From positions 8,747-72,746 of the forward strand of contig WTFV01000225.1 of assembly GCA_011523845.1 (NCBI GenBank): a DNA stretch of 64,000 nucleotides, in the 5' to 3' direction. Origin of the DNA: Acidobacteriota bacterium. GTDB taxonomy: Bacteria > Acidobacteriota > Vicinamibacteria > Vicinamibacterales > UBA8438. Both the position numbers and the translations under genes were made by a program. Below the pieces are notes generated by a model. It searched no databases. It was not told where the DNA came from and was given only the letters and a program-made list of their open reading frames with translations. This document shows, piece by piece, positions 9,241-19,381 of the stretch (positions are counted from its first letter, which is position 1; the number at the start of each line of letters is the position of its first letter).

Positions 9241-11520
9241 ATGCACCGATTGATTGCGACAGGCTTCGCGGTGGCCCTTGCGGCGGCCGCCCTCGGGACG
9301 GCTACCGTCTTCGCGCAGGAGACGGGCGCCGTACGCGGCATGGTGACGCTGGAAGAGAACGGCGATCCCGTCCACGGCGCGGTGATCCTGGTCGTCGGAA
9401 CGGGCGACTTCGCTCTGACCGACGAGCAGGGGATGTTCGAGATCGACGACGTGCTGGCCGGTTCCTACGAGGTGCTCGCGCAGCGCGAGCACCTGACCGC
9501 GGGACGCCGGATGGCGACCGTCGATCCCGGCGCGACGGCGACGGTGGACTTCGTGCTCGGCCTCTCGCCCGTTCACGAGGAAGTGACCGTGACCGCCTCG
9601 GTGGGAGGAACGGAAACGACGTTCGAGGCGTTCAACGCCGTCACCACCCTGGACTCGTTCGACATCACGAGAGAGTCGGCCGCCAGCCTCGGCGACGCGC
9701 TGCGGAACGAGCCGGGGATCGCGAGCCGCAGCTTCGGACCCGGGTCGAGCCGCCCGATCATTCGCGGCTTCGACGGCGACCGCGTCCTCATCCTCGAGGA
9801 CGGACTCCGCACCGGCGACCTGTCCAGCCAGTCGGGCGACCACGGCGTCACCATCGACCCGAACGGCGCCGAGCGGATCGAGATCGTGCGCGGACCGGCG
9901 ACGCTGCTCTACGGATCGAACGCGGTCGGCGGCCTCGTCAACGTCATCACGCCGCACGAGAGCTACCGCGAGTCGCTGTTCGAAGGCACGCGGGCGCAGT
10001 TCGGCACGAACGTCGGCAGCGCGAACGCCGAGGCGGGCACCACCGCCAGCCTGCAGTACTCGCAGAACAACGTGCTCGTCTGGGGCGGCGGCAGCATGCG
10101 GCGCACGGACGACTACGCCACGCCCGCGGGAGCCGTCGAGAACTCCGCCTCCGAGCTGACGAACGCGCGGGCCGGCCTCGGCTGGTTCGGCGACCGATTC
10201 TTCGCCAGCAGCGGGTTCACGCTGGAGGACGGCCGCTACGGGGTGCCGTTCGCGGACGAGTTCCACGCGGCGCACGGCGTGCACGGGGCAGGCGCCGGGG
10301 AGACGGAGATCGACATCGCGTCGCGCCGCCGCGTCGGGCGCTTCGACATGGGCCTCCGCAACCTCGCCAACACCGTCATCGAGGGGGTGCGCGTGGCCCT
10401 GAACGTCATCGACTGGAACCACGACGAGCTGGAGGTCCAGGACGGCATCGAGAACATCGGCACCCGGTTCACGAACCGGACCTACATCATGCGGGCCGAC
10501 GTCGACCAGCGGCAGACCGACCGGCTCTCGGGCCGGTTCGGGGCCTGGGCCCAGTTGCGCGATTTCGAGGCAGTGGGCGTCGAGGCGCTCGCGCCCCGGA
10601 CCGACCAGACGTCCTTCGCCGCGTTCGCCTACGAAGAGATCGACTTCCGACGTACCCGGCTGCAGTTCGGCGGGCGCGTCGAGCAGAACGCGTACCGGAC
10701 CACGGACCGCGTCGGAGCCGCTCACTCCCATGGTATCGAAGTGCCCGACGCGCGCGACCGGCAGTTCCTCGGCGCGTCGGCCTCGGTCGGCCTGCACACC
10801 GACATCGGCGCCGGCAGCGCGTTCGTCGCGAACCTCACCCACTCGCACCGCGCGCCGGCACTCGAGGAGCTCTACAACTTCGGTCCGCACGTCGGCAACC
10901 TCGCCTTCGAGGTGGGCAACACGAATCTCGACGCCGAGACGACGCTCGGTCTCGACGTGAGCTTCCGCCACCAGACCGACCGCGTGCGCAGCAACCTGAA
11001 CGCCTACGTCTACTCCATCGACAACTTCATCTTCGGCGACCGCACCGGCGAGGTGCAGGGCAGCCTGCCGGTCTGGTACTTCATCCAGGGCGACAGCCGC
11101 TTCGTCGGCGTCGACGCCCGCAGCAGCGTCCGGTTGGGCGGGAATGCCTGGGCGACGCTCGGCATCGGGTACGTCGATGCGGCGCTGACCACGACCGGCG
11201 AGCCGCTGCCGCGCATCCCACCGTTGCGTGGGACCGTAAGCCTCGACGTGCCGTACGGCGGATTCACGTTCAGTCCGCAACTGGAGTTCGCCGGGCGGCA
11301 GGCCAACGTGTTCCGGGACGAGACGGAGACGAACGGCTACTCTGTCGTCAACCTGCGGGCGTCGTACGTCTGGCCGCGGCAGCACACGGCGCACATCCTG
11401 TCGTTCACCGGCTACAACCTGACGAACGAGCTGTATCGCAACCACACCTCGTTCATCAAGGACCTGGCTCCGGAGATGGGCCGCGGGGTCAGGGTGAACT
11501 ACTCGTTGCGGTTCTTCTAA
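9241..11520 (+). CDS. TonB-dependent receptor, ZnuD-like metal uptake
   Basis: Signal peptide, carboxypeptidase-regulatory-like N-domain, plug (SRPIIRGFDGDRV, RIEIVRGPATLLYGS), His-rich loops, NHTSFIKD, C-terminal Phe. Confidence 0.92.
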   Translation: MHRLIATGFAVALAAAALGTATVFAQETGAVRGMVTLEENGDPVHGAVILVVGTGDFALTDEQGMFEIDDVLAGSYEVLAQREHLTAGRRMATVDPGATATVDFVLGLSPVHEEVTVTASVGGTETTFEAFNAVTTLDSFDITRESAASLGDALRNEPGIASRSFGPGSSRPIIRGFDGDRVLILEDGLRTGDLSSQSGDHGVTIDPNGAERIEIVRGPATLLYGSNAVGGLVNVITPHESYRESLFEGTRAQFGTNVGSANAEAGTTASLQYSQNNVLVWGGGSMRRTDDYATPAGAVENSASELTNARAGLGWFGDRFFASSGFTLEDGRYGVPFADEFHAAHGVHGAGAGETEIDIASRRRVGRFDMGLRNLANTVIEGVRVALNVIDWNHDELEVQDGIENIGTRFTNRTYIMRADVDQRQTDRLSGRFGAWAQLRDFEAVGVEALAPRTDQTSFAAFAYEEIDFRRTRLQFGGRVEQNAYRTTDRVGAAHSHGIEVPDARDRQFLGASASVGLHTDIGAGSAFVANLTHSHRAPALEELYNFGPHVGNLAFEVGNTNLDAETTLGLDVSFRHQTDRVRSNLNAYVYSIDNFIFGDRTGEVQGSLPVWYFIQGDSRFVGVDARSSVRLGGNAWATLGIGYVDAALTTTGEPLPRIPPLRGTVSLDVPYGGFTFSPQLEFAGRQANVFRDETETNGYSVVNLRASYVWPRQHTAHILSFTGYNLTNELYRNHTSFIKDLAPEMGRGVRVNYSLRFF

Positions 11521-11627
11521 GGAGCTTGCGCCGCGGAACGCAGCGACGCGAAGTGCTGAGGCGCAAGGTCATGGAGCGGGGGGGATGGCCCGAAACGCCG
11601 AGCCTGCGAGGCGTTTCGGGGCGCTAG
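11517..11627 (+). mobile_element. dispersed ~110-bp two-hairpin element, family A copy 1 (MITE/REP-like)
   Basis: Highly similar to 46906-47015; hairpins CTTGCGCC/GGCGCAAG and CCCGAAACGCC/GGCGTTTCGGG. Confidence 0.75.
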
Positions 11628-11711
11628 AAGCGGACCGCCCTCGCCCCGTCCACGCGTGGCCGCTCGCCGGAGCCCCTCCCCGACGGGCGGCCGCGCTGTA
11701 TCTTTCAGCCG

Positions 11712-14327
11712 ATGCCCCTCCCGCTCCGGCAATCGAGCCCCGCCCTGCACCGGGCCCTGCTGGCCGCGCTCGTCTTCCTGTCCGGGGCGGCGAGCCTCGT
11801 CTACGAGGTGCTCTGGCTCAAGGAGCTGGGCCTGCTCTTCGGCAGCACCGCCTACGCCGCCTCCACCACGCTCGCCATCTTCTTCCTCGGCCTGGCGGTC
11901 GGCGGCGCCGTGTTCGGCCGCTGGTCGCCGCGCCTGCGGTCGCCGTTGCGGACCTACGCCTGGATCGAGCTGGGGATCGCGGTGTCGGCCGCGGTTTACT
12001 TCGGCCTGCTCGACGTCTACTTCCAGCTCTACGGTCCGCTGTACGACGCGCTCGCCGACCGTCCCGCGGCCTTCAACGCAGCCAGGATCGGCCTGGCGAC
12101 GCTGGCGCTGCTGCCTCCCGCCGCCCTGATGGGGGGCACGCTGCCGGTCCTGGGCCAGCACCTCGTGCGCCGTCCGGACGAGCTGGGCCGCATCGGGTCC
12201 TTCCTGTACGCAGTCAACACGCTCGGCGCGGCCGCCGGCGCGTTCCTGGCCGGGTTCGTGCTGCCGCTGGCGCTCGGCTTCGACCGGGCGTATCTGCTGG
12301 CCATGGCCGTCAACGTCGCGGTCGCGGCACTCGCCTGGCGGCTGGCCGGAGCCGCGGACGCGGGCGGCGCACCCGGCCCGGAGCCGTCGGCCGACCGCCG
12401 GCGGCACTCGCCACGTCGGGAGAAGGGCCTCCGAGGACGGCCGGCGGTTCCGACCACCGCCGACACGGCCTGCCCCGCGTGGCTCCTCGCCACCGTCGCC
12501 TGTCTGTCGGGAGCCTTCGCGCTCGGGCTCGAGGTGCTCTGGACGCGGATGTTCGCGCAGGTCCTGCAGAACTCGGTCTACACCTTCTCGATCATCCTCG
12601 TGGTGTTCCTGGCCGCGCTGGCTGCCGGCTCGGCCATCGCGAACCGCCTTTGCCGGGTGCGGGCAGCGCCGGCGCAGGTCCTGTGGCTGCTGCTGACGCT
12701 GTCGGGCCTCGGCGTGGCCGTCATACCGTTCGGGTTCCACGATCTGACCGGCGGCCTCGGCACGCTCGTGACCGGCGACGGATGGCTGCTGTACGTCTTC
12801 TCGATCTTCGCCAACACGGCGCTGCTGCTGTTCGTCCCGGCGGCCCTGCTCGGCAGCGCGTTCCCGTACCTGCTGCGGGCCGCGGAGGGGTCGCGCGCCG
12901 CACCGGGCGCCATCATCGGGAGACTCAATGCCCTGAACACGGGCGGTGCCGTGGTCGGGTCGCTGGCCGCCGGATTCGTCCTGCTCGGGAGCATCGGACT
13001 GTGGAACAGCATGCGGCTGTTCGCCTTCGGCTACCTGGTCCTGGCGCTGGCAGCCTGCTGGAACGGCTGGCGGACGCTCGGCGCGCGGCTCCTGCCGGCG
13101 GCGGCCACGATCGGCGCCGTGGTGCTGCTCGGCACGCTGGTCGACGCCTCCCGCCTGCCGGTCGTCAACGTCAACACGGAGCGCGGCGAGCGGCTGCTCG
13201 CAACCTGGGAGGGCCCCGACGGGGTCGTCGCCGTCGTCGAGCGTCCCGGGAACCGGCGCATCAAGGTGAACAACTTCTACACGCTCGGCGGCACGGCCTC
13301 CATCGAGCACGAGCAGAACCAGGCCCTGCTGCCGCTGATGACCCACCCGCGGCCGCGCGCGGTCTTCCTGCTGGGCCTGGGTACCGGCATCACCGCGGGA
13401 GCGGCCCTCCGGCATCCCGTCGAGCGGCTGCTGGTCTGCGAGATAGCCGCCGACGTGATCGCCGCCGCCGCGGCCTGGTTCGATGTCCCGAGCGGCGGGC
13501 TCTTCAACGACCCGCGCGCGACCGTCCGCGCCTGCGACGCCCGCAATCACCTGCTGGGCACGACCGAGCGCTTCGACGCGATCATCGCCGACCTGTTCGT
13601 CCCGTGGCGGGCCGGCGTCGGCAACCTGTACAGCCGCGAGCACTTCCAGGCCTCCCGCGAGCGTCTCGCGCCCGGCGGAATCTTCGTCCAGTGGCTGCCG
13701 CTCTACCAGCTTTCGCGGCGCGAGTTCGAGGTGGTCGCCCGCACCCTGCTCAGCGTCTTCGAGCAGGTCACGGTCTGGCGCGGCAGCTTTGCCGCGGAGC
13801 GGCCGGTCCTGGCGCTTGTCGGCGCCGCCGGACCGACCACGCTCCACCCGGACGTGATCGACCTGAACGGGGAGTACCTGAGCGGCGGCCGCCAGTTGCC
13901 CCCGTCCACCTCGCTCGCGGTCACGCTCCCGTTCTATGCGGGGAACCTGTCGGCGGCCGACGGGCTGATTCCGCCCGGGCCGCTCAACACCGACGACCGG
14001 CCGCTCGTGGAGTACCTGACGCCGGTGACGCAGCGGGAAGAGCGCGCCGGGGCGACCGAGTGGTTCAACGCCGCCGAGCTGGCCGCCTTTCTCCGGCGCC
14101 TCCACGAGCTCGTGCCGCCGGAGCGCGACCCGCACCTGAGGCTGCTGACCGCCGCGCAACGCGACTTCGTCGTGGCCGGGCTCCGCTACCACGAAGGCGC
14201 GGTCGCCAGTCTGCTCGGACGGGAAGCCGACGCCGACGCGCACTTCGGCGAGTTCACACGGCGCATCCCCATCGAGTTCCGCCCGGCGACCGACGAGAAC
14301 GACGCCGATGCCGACGCCGTCCCCTGA
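11712..14327 (+). CDS. fused MFS-like membrane / spermidine synthase-like protein
   Basis: SGAASLVYEVLW, LMGGTLP, LYAVNTLG repeated membrane halves; LLGLGTGITAG SAM-binding motif; DARNHL, FDAIIAD, FVQWLPLYQ. Confidence 0.9.
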   Translation: MPLPLRQSSPALHRALLAALVFLSGAASLVYEVLWLKELGLLFGSTAYAASTTLAIFFLGLAVGGAVFGRWSPRLRSPLRTYAWIELGIAVSAAVYFGLLDVYFQLYGPLYDALADRPAAFNAARIGLATLALLPPAALMGGTLPVLGQHLVRRPDELGRIGSFLYAVNTLGAAAGAFLAGFVLPLALGFDRAYLLAMAVNVAVAALAWRLAGAADAGGAPGPEPSADRRRHSPRREKGLRGRPAVPTTADTACPAWLLATVACLSGAFALGLEVLWTRMFAQVLQNSVYTFSIILVVFLAALAAGSAIANRLCRVRAAPAQVLWLLLTLSGLGVAVIPFGFHDLTGGLGTLVTGDGWLLYVFSIFANTALLLFVPAALLGSAFPYLLRAAEGSRAAPGAIIGRLNALNTGGAVVGSLAAGFVLLGSIGLWNSMRLFAFGYLVLALAACWNGWRTLGARLLPAAATIGAVVLLGTLVDASRLPVVNVNTERGERLLATWEGPDGVVAVVERPGNRRIKVNNFYTLGGTASIEHEQNQALLPLMTHPRPRAVFLLGLGTGITAGAALRHPVERLLVCEIAADVIAAAAAWFDVPSGGLFNDPRATVRACDARNHLLGTTERFDAIIADLFVPWRAGVGNLYSREHFQASRERLAPGGIFVQWLPLYQLSRREFEVVARTLLSVFEQVTVWRGSFAAERPVLALVGAAGPTTLHPDVIDLNGEYLSGGRQLPPSTSLAVTLPFYAGNLSAADGLIPPGPLNTDDRPLVEYLTPVTQREERAGATEWFNAAELAAFLRRLHELVPPERDPHLRLLTAAQRDFVVAGLRYHEGAVASLLGREADADAHFGEFTRRIPIEFRPATDENDADADAVP

Positions 14328-14339
14328 CCACGACTACCC

Positions 14340-14450
14340 CTGGCGCCGCCAGGCCCGTCGCAAGGCTCCGTGTTCGGCCCCATCCTCCACCGCCCCGGGA
14401 GCTTGCGCCGCAGAACTCACTCCGTTGCTGTCTGCGGAGCAAGCTCCTGG
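14340..14450 (-). mobile_element. family A element copy 2 (diverged, inverted)
   Basis: Reverse complement aligns end-to-end with the 11517 and 46906 copies (GGAGCTTGC..GGCGCAAG..GGATGGG.CCGAA..GAGCC..GGCGC). Confidence 0.6.
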
Positions 14451-14499
14451 CCCGACAATCGTCCGCCTGCGGTTCCGATTGCCGCCCGGCCGGGCCTGA

Positions 14500-14538
14500 C
14501 CAGGAGGTCTGCGCCGCTTCTACGGCGCAGCCTCCTGG
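14500..14538. repeat. REP-like palindrome, family C
   Basis: CCAGGAGGTCTGCGCCG-N6-CGGCGCAGCCTCCTGG; related copies at 21705 and 26295. Confidence 0.6.
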
Positions 14539-14629
14539 GCCGAAGTCGTCCCCTCTGAGCCGTGGTGATGCGCGCGGCGTCAAGGCAGCGAGGCGCTCCG
14601 ACACCCCGGCCCGACGCGACGAGCGGGCA

Positions 14630-15352
14630 TCACGGGAGCGGGAGCGTGAGCTCGCTACCGGGCGGTCGCTGCACGTCGAACGCCTTGAGCGTGTAGTTGA
14701 CCAGCGTGTAGTGGCCGATCAGGCCCGCGATGTCCATCAGACCCTGGTTGCCGAAGATGCGCTGCGCCGCTTCGAACGCCTCGTCGCTCAGCTTCGGATC
14801 CCGGATCAGCTCGCGGACGACGCGGATGATGGTGCGTTCCGGCTCGTTCAGTCCGGGCAGATCACCCGCGTCGGCCAGCGGGGTGTCCCACCGCAGCAGC
14901 TCGATGATCTCCTCCTCGAGCCCCGCGTTCCGGCCCAGGCCCTCGTGCGCCGACCACTCGTACTGGCTGTTCAGCGCGCGGGCGGCGGTCAGAATGGCGA
15001 GCTCGGCGAGCCGCTGATCCCGGTTGCCGTCGGCGCCGAAGCGCAAGTAGCTGCTGGCCGGGAACAGGTGCTCGGCCATGAGCGGGCTGTTCATCCACAT
15101 GCCGATCGGACCCCGCAGGCCGGTCGAGTAGCGGCTGTCCGGGTTGACGATGACGTCGTACGCCCGCTGGCCGTCGGCGTCGAGCGACTCGCGCGTGATT
15201 TGCGGCACGCGCGCCCAGGAATCCTCGTGGATGCCCGGCGGGATGTCTTCGGCCGTCACGACGTGCGGCGTGAATTCCCGTTCCTGGGCCGGCGCGGACG
15301 CCGGCACGAGGAGGAGAACGCATACGGCGAGCGTCAGGTGATGCAACTTCAC
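14630..15352 (-). CDS. secreted carboxymuconolactone decarboxylase/AhpD-like family protein
   Basis: Signal peptide; GLRGP, ELAILTAAR, YEWSAH, LIGHY. GTG start at 15352. Confidence 0.8.
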   Translation of the reverse strand: MKLHHLTLAVCVLLLVPASAPAQEREFTPHVVTAEDIPPGIHEDSWARVPQITRESLDADGQRAYDVIVNPDSRYSTGLRGPIGMWMNSPLMAEHLFPASSYLRFGADGNRDQRLAELAILTAARALNSQYEWSAHEGLGRNAGLEEEIIELLRWDTPLADAGDLPGLNEPERTIIRVVRELIRDPKLSDEAFEAAQRIFGNQGLMDIAGLIGHYTLVNYTLKAFDVQRPPGSELTLPLP

Positions 15353-15484
15353 GGGGGACCTCCATTCTTCACGCCGGGGCGGGACCGCTGCACGCAGGCC
15401 CCGCCATGCGGCGCGACGTTGTCGAACCGTTGCCGGCTGCCTGTATGCTCTCTCGCCACCCACCCCCGAGGCAACCGTGAACCG

Positions 15485-16783
15485 TCACGCGTCGCGGGCG
15501 GCCCGCTCCAGCACCCGGCGGGTCCGGGCGGCGGCCTCCGCCCAGTCGAACCGCGCGACCCGCTCGCGTCCGCGCGCACTGAGCCGGCCGCGCAGGGAAA
15601 GGTCCGCCGCCAGCTCGACGAGGGCTCGCTTCCATGCCGCGGCGTCGTCCACCGGCAGAAAGATGGCCGCATTGCCGGCGACCTCCCGAAAGACCGGAAT
15701 ATCGCTCGCAACGACCGGGGTGCCGACGGCCAGCGCCTCGATCAGGGGCAGTCCGAATCCCTCGTAGAGAGACGGACAGGCAACCGCCAGCGCATGCCGG
15801 TAGAGCGCGGCCAGCGCGGCATCGTCGACGTAGCCGGGATGGTGGAGCCAGCCGGCCGCCCGGGCACGCGCCAGCGACCGATGCAGCGCGTCGCTCTTCC
15901 AGCCGCGCCGACCGCACAGCACGAGGACCGGAGCGGACGGATCGTCCTCGACCCATTCCTCCCAAACCGCGAGCAGCAGCCCGATGTTCTTGCGCGGCTC
16001 GATGGTGCCGACGTGCAGCACGTAGCGCTCGGGAACTCCGTCGGGCAGCCTGCCGTTCTGCCCCGCAAGGTGCCCGGGGCCGTGGAGGATCGCCGTGACC
16101 CGCGTCGGATCGAGCGGCTCGACCGCCAGCAGCTCGTCGCGCACCGCGCGCGACACCGTGAGCACCTCGCGCGCGCGGGCCAGGGTGCGGTCCATCCCCC
16201 ACTCGAGCTCCGCCCGCGTGTCGTCGGCCACGGTCCAGGGCAGGCGGCGGAACGCCAGATCGTGCACGGTCACCACGACCGCGCCCGGCGCGAGCCTGAA
16301 CTTCGGCCGCAGCACGAAATTGGGCGCGAAGAGCACGTCGTTGCGCTGCAGGGCGAACAGCAGCGGCTCGATCGGACGCAGCGCGCGCCGCAGCAGGCGC
16401 CGGGGAATCCAGGGCGCCGCCGGCAGGGGGCAGGCAACCCGCTCGATCGCCTTCCCGAACGGCGCCTCCACGACCGGTCCGGGACCGTCCGGATCGGGGA
16501 ACAGCGTCGGGCCGTAGAGCCGCAGGCGAAGGCCCTCCTCGTCGGCGAGATGGACGAGCGTCTGCTGGAGGTAGCGGCCGACGCCGGTCAGCGGCTCCCA
16601 GAAGGGGCTGATGTCCACGGCGACCTTCAGACGTCCGCCGGGGTTCGGATCGAGCATCGAGTCCACCGCCCACCACAACCACCCGAACGTGGTCCGGTAG
16701 CGCTCCGGAGCGGAGCGGCGGCGTTCCAGCGCGTCCAGCACGGCGCGCAGGGCTCGTCGACACCAGCGGCGCACGTGCCGCAT
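15485..16783 (-). CDS. glycosyltransferase family 4 (GT-B)
   Basis: LTGVGRY, VTVHDL, VGTIEPRKN, PSLYEGFGLPLIEA. Confidence 0.92.
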   Translation of the reverse strand: MRHVRRWCRRALRAVLDALERRRSAPERYRTTFGWLWWAVDSMLDPNPGGRLKVAVDISPFWEPLTGVGRYLQQTLVHLADEEGLRLRLYGPTLFPDPDGPGPVVEAPFGKAIERVACPLPAAPWIPRRLLRRALRPIEPLLFALQRNDVLFAPNFVLRPKFRLAPGAVVVTVHDLAFRRLPWTVADDTRAELEWGMDRTLARAREVLTVSRAVRDELLAVEPLDPTRVTAILHGPGHLAGQNGRLPDGVPERYVLHVGTIEPRKNIGLLLAVWEEWVEDDPSAPVLVLCGRRGWKSDALHRSLARARAAGWLHHPGYVDDAALAALYRHALAVACPSLYEGFGLPLIEALAVGTPVVASDIPVFREVAGNAAIFLPVDDAAAWKRALVELAADLSLRGRLSARGRERVARFDWAEAAARTRRVLERAARDA

Positions 16784-16799
16784 TCTAGTGTGACGGTCG

Positions 16800-17050
16800 T
16801 CTTCGAGCCCGCTCGCGGCGCCGGCGAACGGGCGGCGGGAACCCCTTCGACGCGTCGCCGCGGCGCCGGCCAGTGGGACGGCAGGCCCCCTTCGACGCGT
16901 CGCCGCGGCGCCGGCCAGCGGGGCGGCAGGCCCCTTCGACGCGCGCCGCGGCGCCGGCCAGTGGAACGGCGGGCCGGCCCCTTCGACGCGCGCCGCGGCC
17001 CCGGCCAGTGGAACGGCGGGACCCCTTCGACGCGTGGCCGCGGCGCCGGC
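16800..17050. repeat. tandem ~45-bp GC-rich repeats (5 copies plus one degenerate)
   Basis: Unit CCCCTTCGACGCG(T)CGCCGCGGCGCCGGCCAGTGG(A)ACGGC. Confidence 0.9.
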
Positions 17051-17143
17051 GTCTCGATGGACAGCCGCGCGCCTCTTCGCGATTGGAGGGATAATGCCCG
17101 CGTCGAAACATCACCGGGAACCCGTATCGGGGGGAGCACGCAG

Positions 17144-18139
17144 ATGACCCGCAGGTCCAGCACACGAACGGCCAGGCTCGCCGTCGTCGCCGTCGCCGCC
17201 GTCGCCTTCGCGGCCGCCGCGACCGTCGAGACGCAGGAGCCGCGCAACCCGCGCAACGTCGCCGAGTTCGACGCGATGTTCCAGGAGCTCAACAACTGGG
17301 GCCGCTGGGGCGCCGACGACGAGCTCGGCACCATGAACCTGATCACGCCGGAGAAGACGCGCGAGGCGGCGGCGCTGGTGCAACGCGGCATCACCGTGTC
17401 GCTGTCGCACAACCCGATGCCCGACCCCGCCCCGGACAACCCCGACACGGCCTTCAACCACACCATGGCCGAATCGTTGCGGAGCGATACGTACGAGTTC
17501 CGGTACCACGGCTACGGCGTCAGCCACATCGACTCGCTCTGCCACTTCCTGTGGAACGACCGGATGTACAACGACATCCCGCCGTCGGCGAGCTCGCTGG
17601 AGGAGGGCTGCGGCAAGCTCGGCATCCAGAACCTGAAGCAGGGCATCGTCACCCGCGGCATCCTGCTCGACTTCGCGCGCCTGAAGGGCGTGCCGTACCT
17701 GGAGCCGCAGACGCCGATCTACGTCGAGGACATCGAGGCATGGGAAGAGATGGCGGGCGTCAGGGTGTCGCCGGGCGACGTCATCTTCGTGCGGACCGGC
17801 CGCTGGGCCCGCCGCGCCGCGCTCGGGCCGTGGCAGGTCTCCGGCAACAGCGCCGGGCTGCACGCGTCGGTGCTGCCCTGGATCAAGGAGCGCGGCGTCG
17901 CCATCGTCGGCAGCGACGCGGCCACCGACGTGATGCCGTCGCTGGTCGAAGGCGTCACCCAGCCGGTCCACACGATGCTCATCGCCGGCTTCGGCACGCA
18001 CATCTTCGACAACATGGACCTGGAGGCGCTCGCGGAGACGGCGGCGCAGGAGAACCGCTGGGAGTTCATGCTGACCGCCGGGCCGATCCCGGTCGAGGGC
18101 GGCACGGGGTCGCCGCTCAACCCGATCGCGATCTTCTGA
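17144..18139 (+). CDS. secreted cyclase-family metallohydrolase (kynurenine formamidase-like)
   Basis: NWGRWGADDELGTMN, HGYGVSHIDSLCH, RGILLD, GTGSPLNPIA. Confidence 0.9.
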   Translation: MTRRSSTRTARLAVVAVAAVAFAAAATVETQEPRNPRNVAEFDAMFQELNNWGRWGADDELGTMNLITPEKTREAAALVQRGITVSLSHNPMPDPAPDNPDTAFNHTMAESLRSDTYEFRYHGYGVSHIDSLCHFLWNDRMYNDIPPSASSLEEGCGKLGIQNLKQGIVTRGILLDFARLKGVPYLEPQTPIYVEDIEAWEEMAGVRVSPGDVIFVRTGRWARRAALGPWQVSGNSAGLHASVLPWIKERGVAIVGSDAATDVMPSLVEGVTQPVHTMLIAGFGTHIFDNMDLEALAETAAQENRWEFMLTAGPIPVEGGTGSPLNPIAIF

Positions 18140-18250
18140 GCGCAGACCAAGGCACCGACCCGTAACGGCGGGCGGCTCCGTGCATCCGCTATCATCCTGT
18201 CCACCCGATGCGGGTCGGGATTCCGACTTGGTGTCCAGGGCAGGTCACAC

Positions 18251-19381
18251 ATGCCGAGTCATCATCTCGATCGCGTCGAGATCCGCCGCTTCCGGGGACT
18301 GTCGGAACTCGATCTCGACAGCCTGGGCAGGTTCAATGTCCTCCTCGGGGCCAACGATGTCGGCAAGACGTCGGTCCTGGAAGCCCTCTTCCTCCTGACC
18401 GGCTTTGCCAACCTGACCGTCCCGGTTCGCATTCAGCAATGGCGACGCCTCCCCATTGATCGGTTCGAGTACTTCGAGGCTCTGTTTCATCAGATAGATC
18501 CGGATCAGCCGATTGAGCTCGTGGCACATTCTGCTGGTGCCATCGTTCGCCGCACTCTCCGGATCTCCGCGCCGTACACGGAACTGGAAGTGGAGCCGGA
18601 AGCCCCGACGTCGACTGGGGGCGGGGACGGCCGCTCCCGCACCTCGGCCAGGGCCGGTCCCGCCGGCGGTCAGTCGTCTTCTTCTCTTCTCTCGGCGCGG
18701 CGGCGACTCTTGCGGTACGACGTCACGCTGCAGCCTCGCGATGGGGACGCTGCCTCGTATTCCGCCACATTGCGTCGCCGGGAAGACGGGTTCCAGGTGA
18801 AGCAATCGGCAGAACCCGCGGACGAAGCGACCATTTCGGCGCGGTACATGACGCCTGGGGTCGACTACGACGGCGCTGCGATCGGCGGTCTGATCGTTCG
18901 CAAGGAAGTCGGCAGGCTCGTTCAGTTCCTGAAGGAGGTCAATCCGCGTATCAGGGACGTCGCCGCCAGTGGCGACCTCGTGTACCTGGACGTTGGTCTT
19001 GACCGGATGGTTCCCTTGAACCTGTTCGGCAGTGGCATGGTCCGCGCCGCCAGCGTTCTCTCTCATTGCATGCTGGCGAACGAGCGCCTTCTTTTCCTCG
19101 ACGAGCTGGAGAACGGCCTCCACCATGCGGCCATCCGTCCGTTCATCGAGGCGCTCTTGGTCTTGTCCCGCGATCAGGACATGCAGGTGTTCGTTACGAC
19201 CCATAGTCTGGCGGTGCTCCAGAGCCTGCTGGACGTACTCGGCTGCGACGGCTTTGCATCCCATCGTTCCACCACGCACTGCTACACGCTCAAGCGCGAC
19301 CGCGAAGGGCGTGTTCGCCCCTACCGCTACGAGTACGCACAGTTCGAGCACTGCGTGCGACACGGGATCGAGATCCGATGA
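18251..19381 (+). CDS. ABC-type AAA ATPase (AAA_15/AAA_21)
   Basis: Walker A GANDVGKTS, signature FGSGM, Walker B LFLDELENGLH, QVFVTTHS. Confidence 0.9.
   Translation: MPSHHLDRVEIRRFRGLSELDLDSLGRFNVLLGANDVGKTSVLEALFLLTGFANLTVPVRIQQWRRLPIDRFEYFEALFHQIDPDQPIELVAHSAGAIVRRTLRISAPYTELEVEPEAPTSTGGGDGRSRTSARAGPAGGQSSSSLLSARRRLLRYDVTLQPRDGDAASYSATLRRREDGFQVKQSAEPADEATISARYMTPGVDYDGAAIGGLIVRKEVGRLVQFLKEVNPRIRDVAASGDLVYLDVGLDRMVPLNLFGSGMVRAASVLSHCMLANERLLFLDELENGLHHAAIRPFIEALLVLSRDQDMQVFVTTHSLAVLQSLLDVLGCDGFASHRSTTHCYTLKRDREGRVRPYRYEYAQFEHCVRHGIEIR

Noticed and set aside
11585-18139. 2184-aa ORF
   Set aside because: A GC-rich shadow frame crossing several real genes; only its last 331 aa (cyclase) are genuine.
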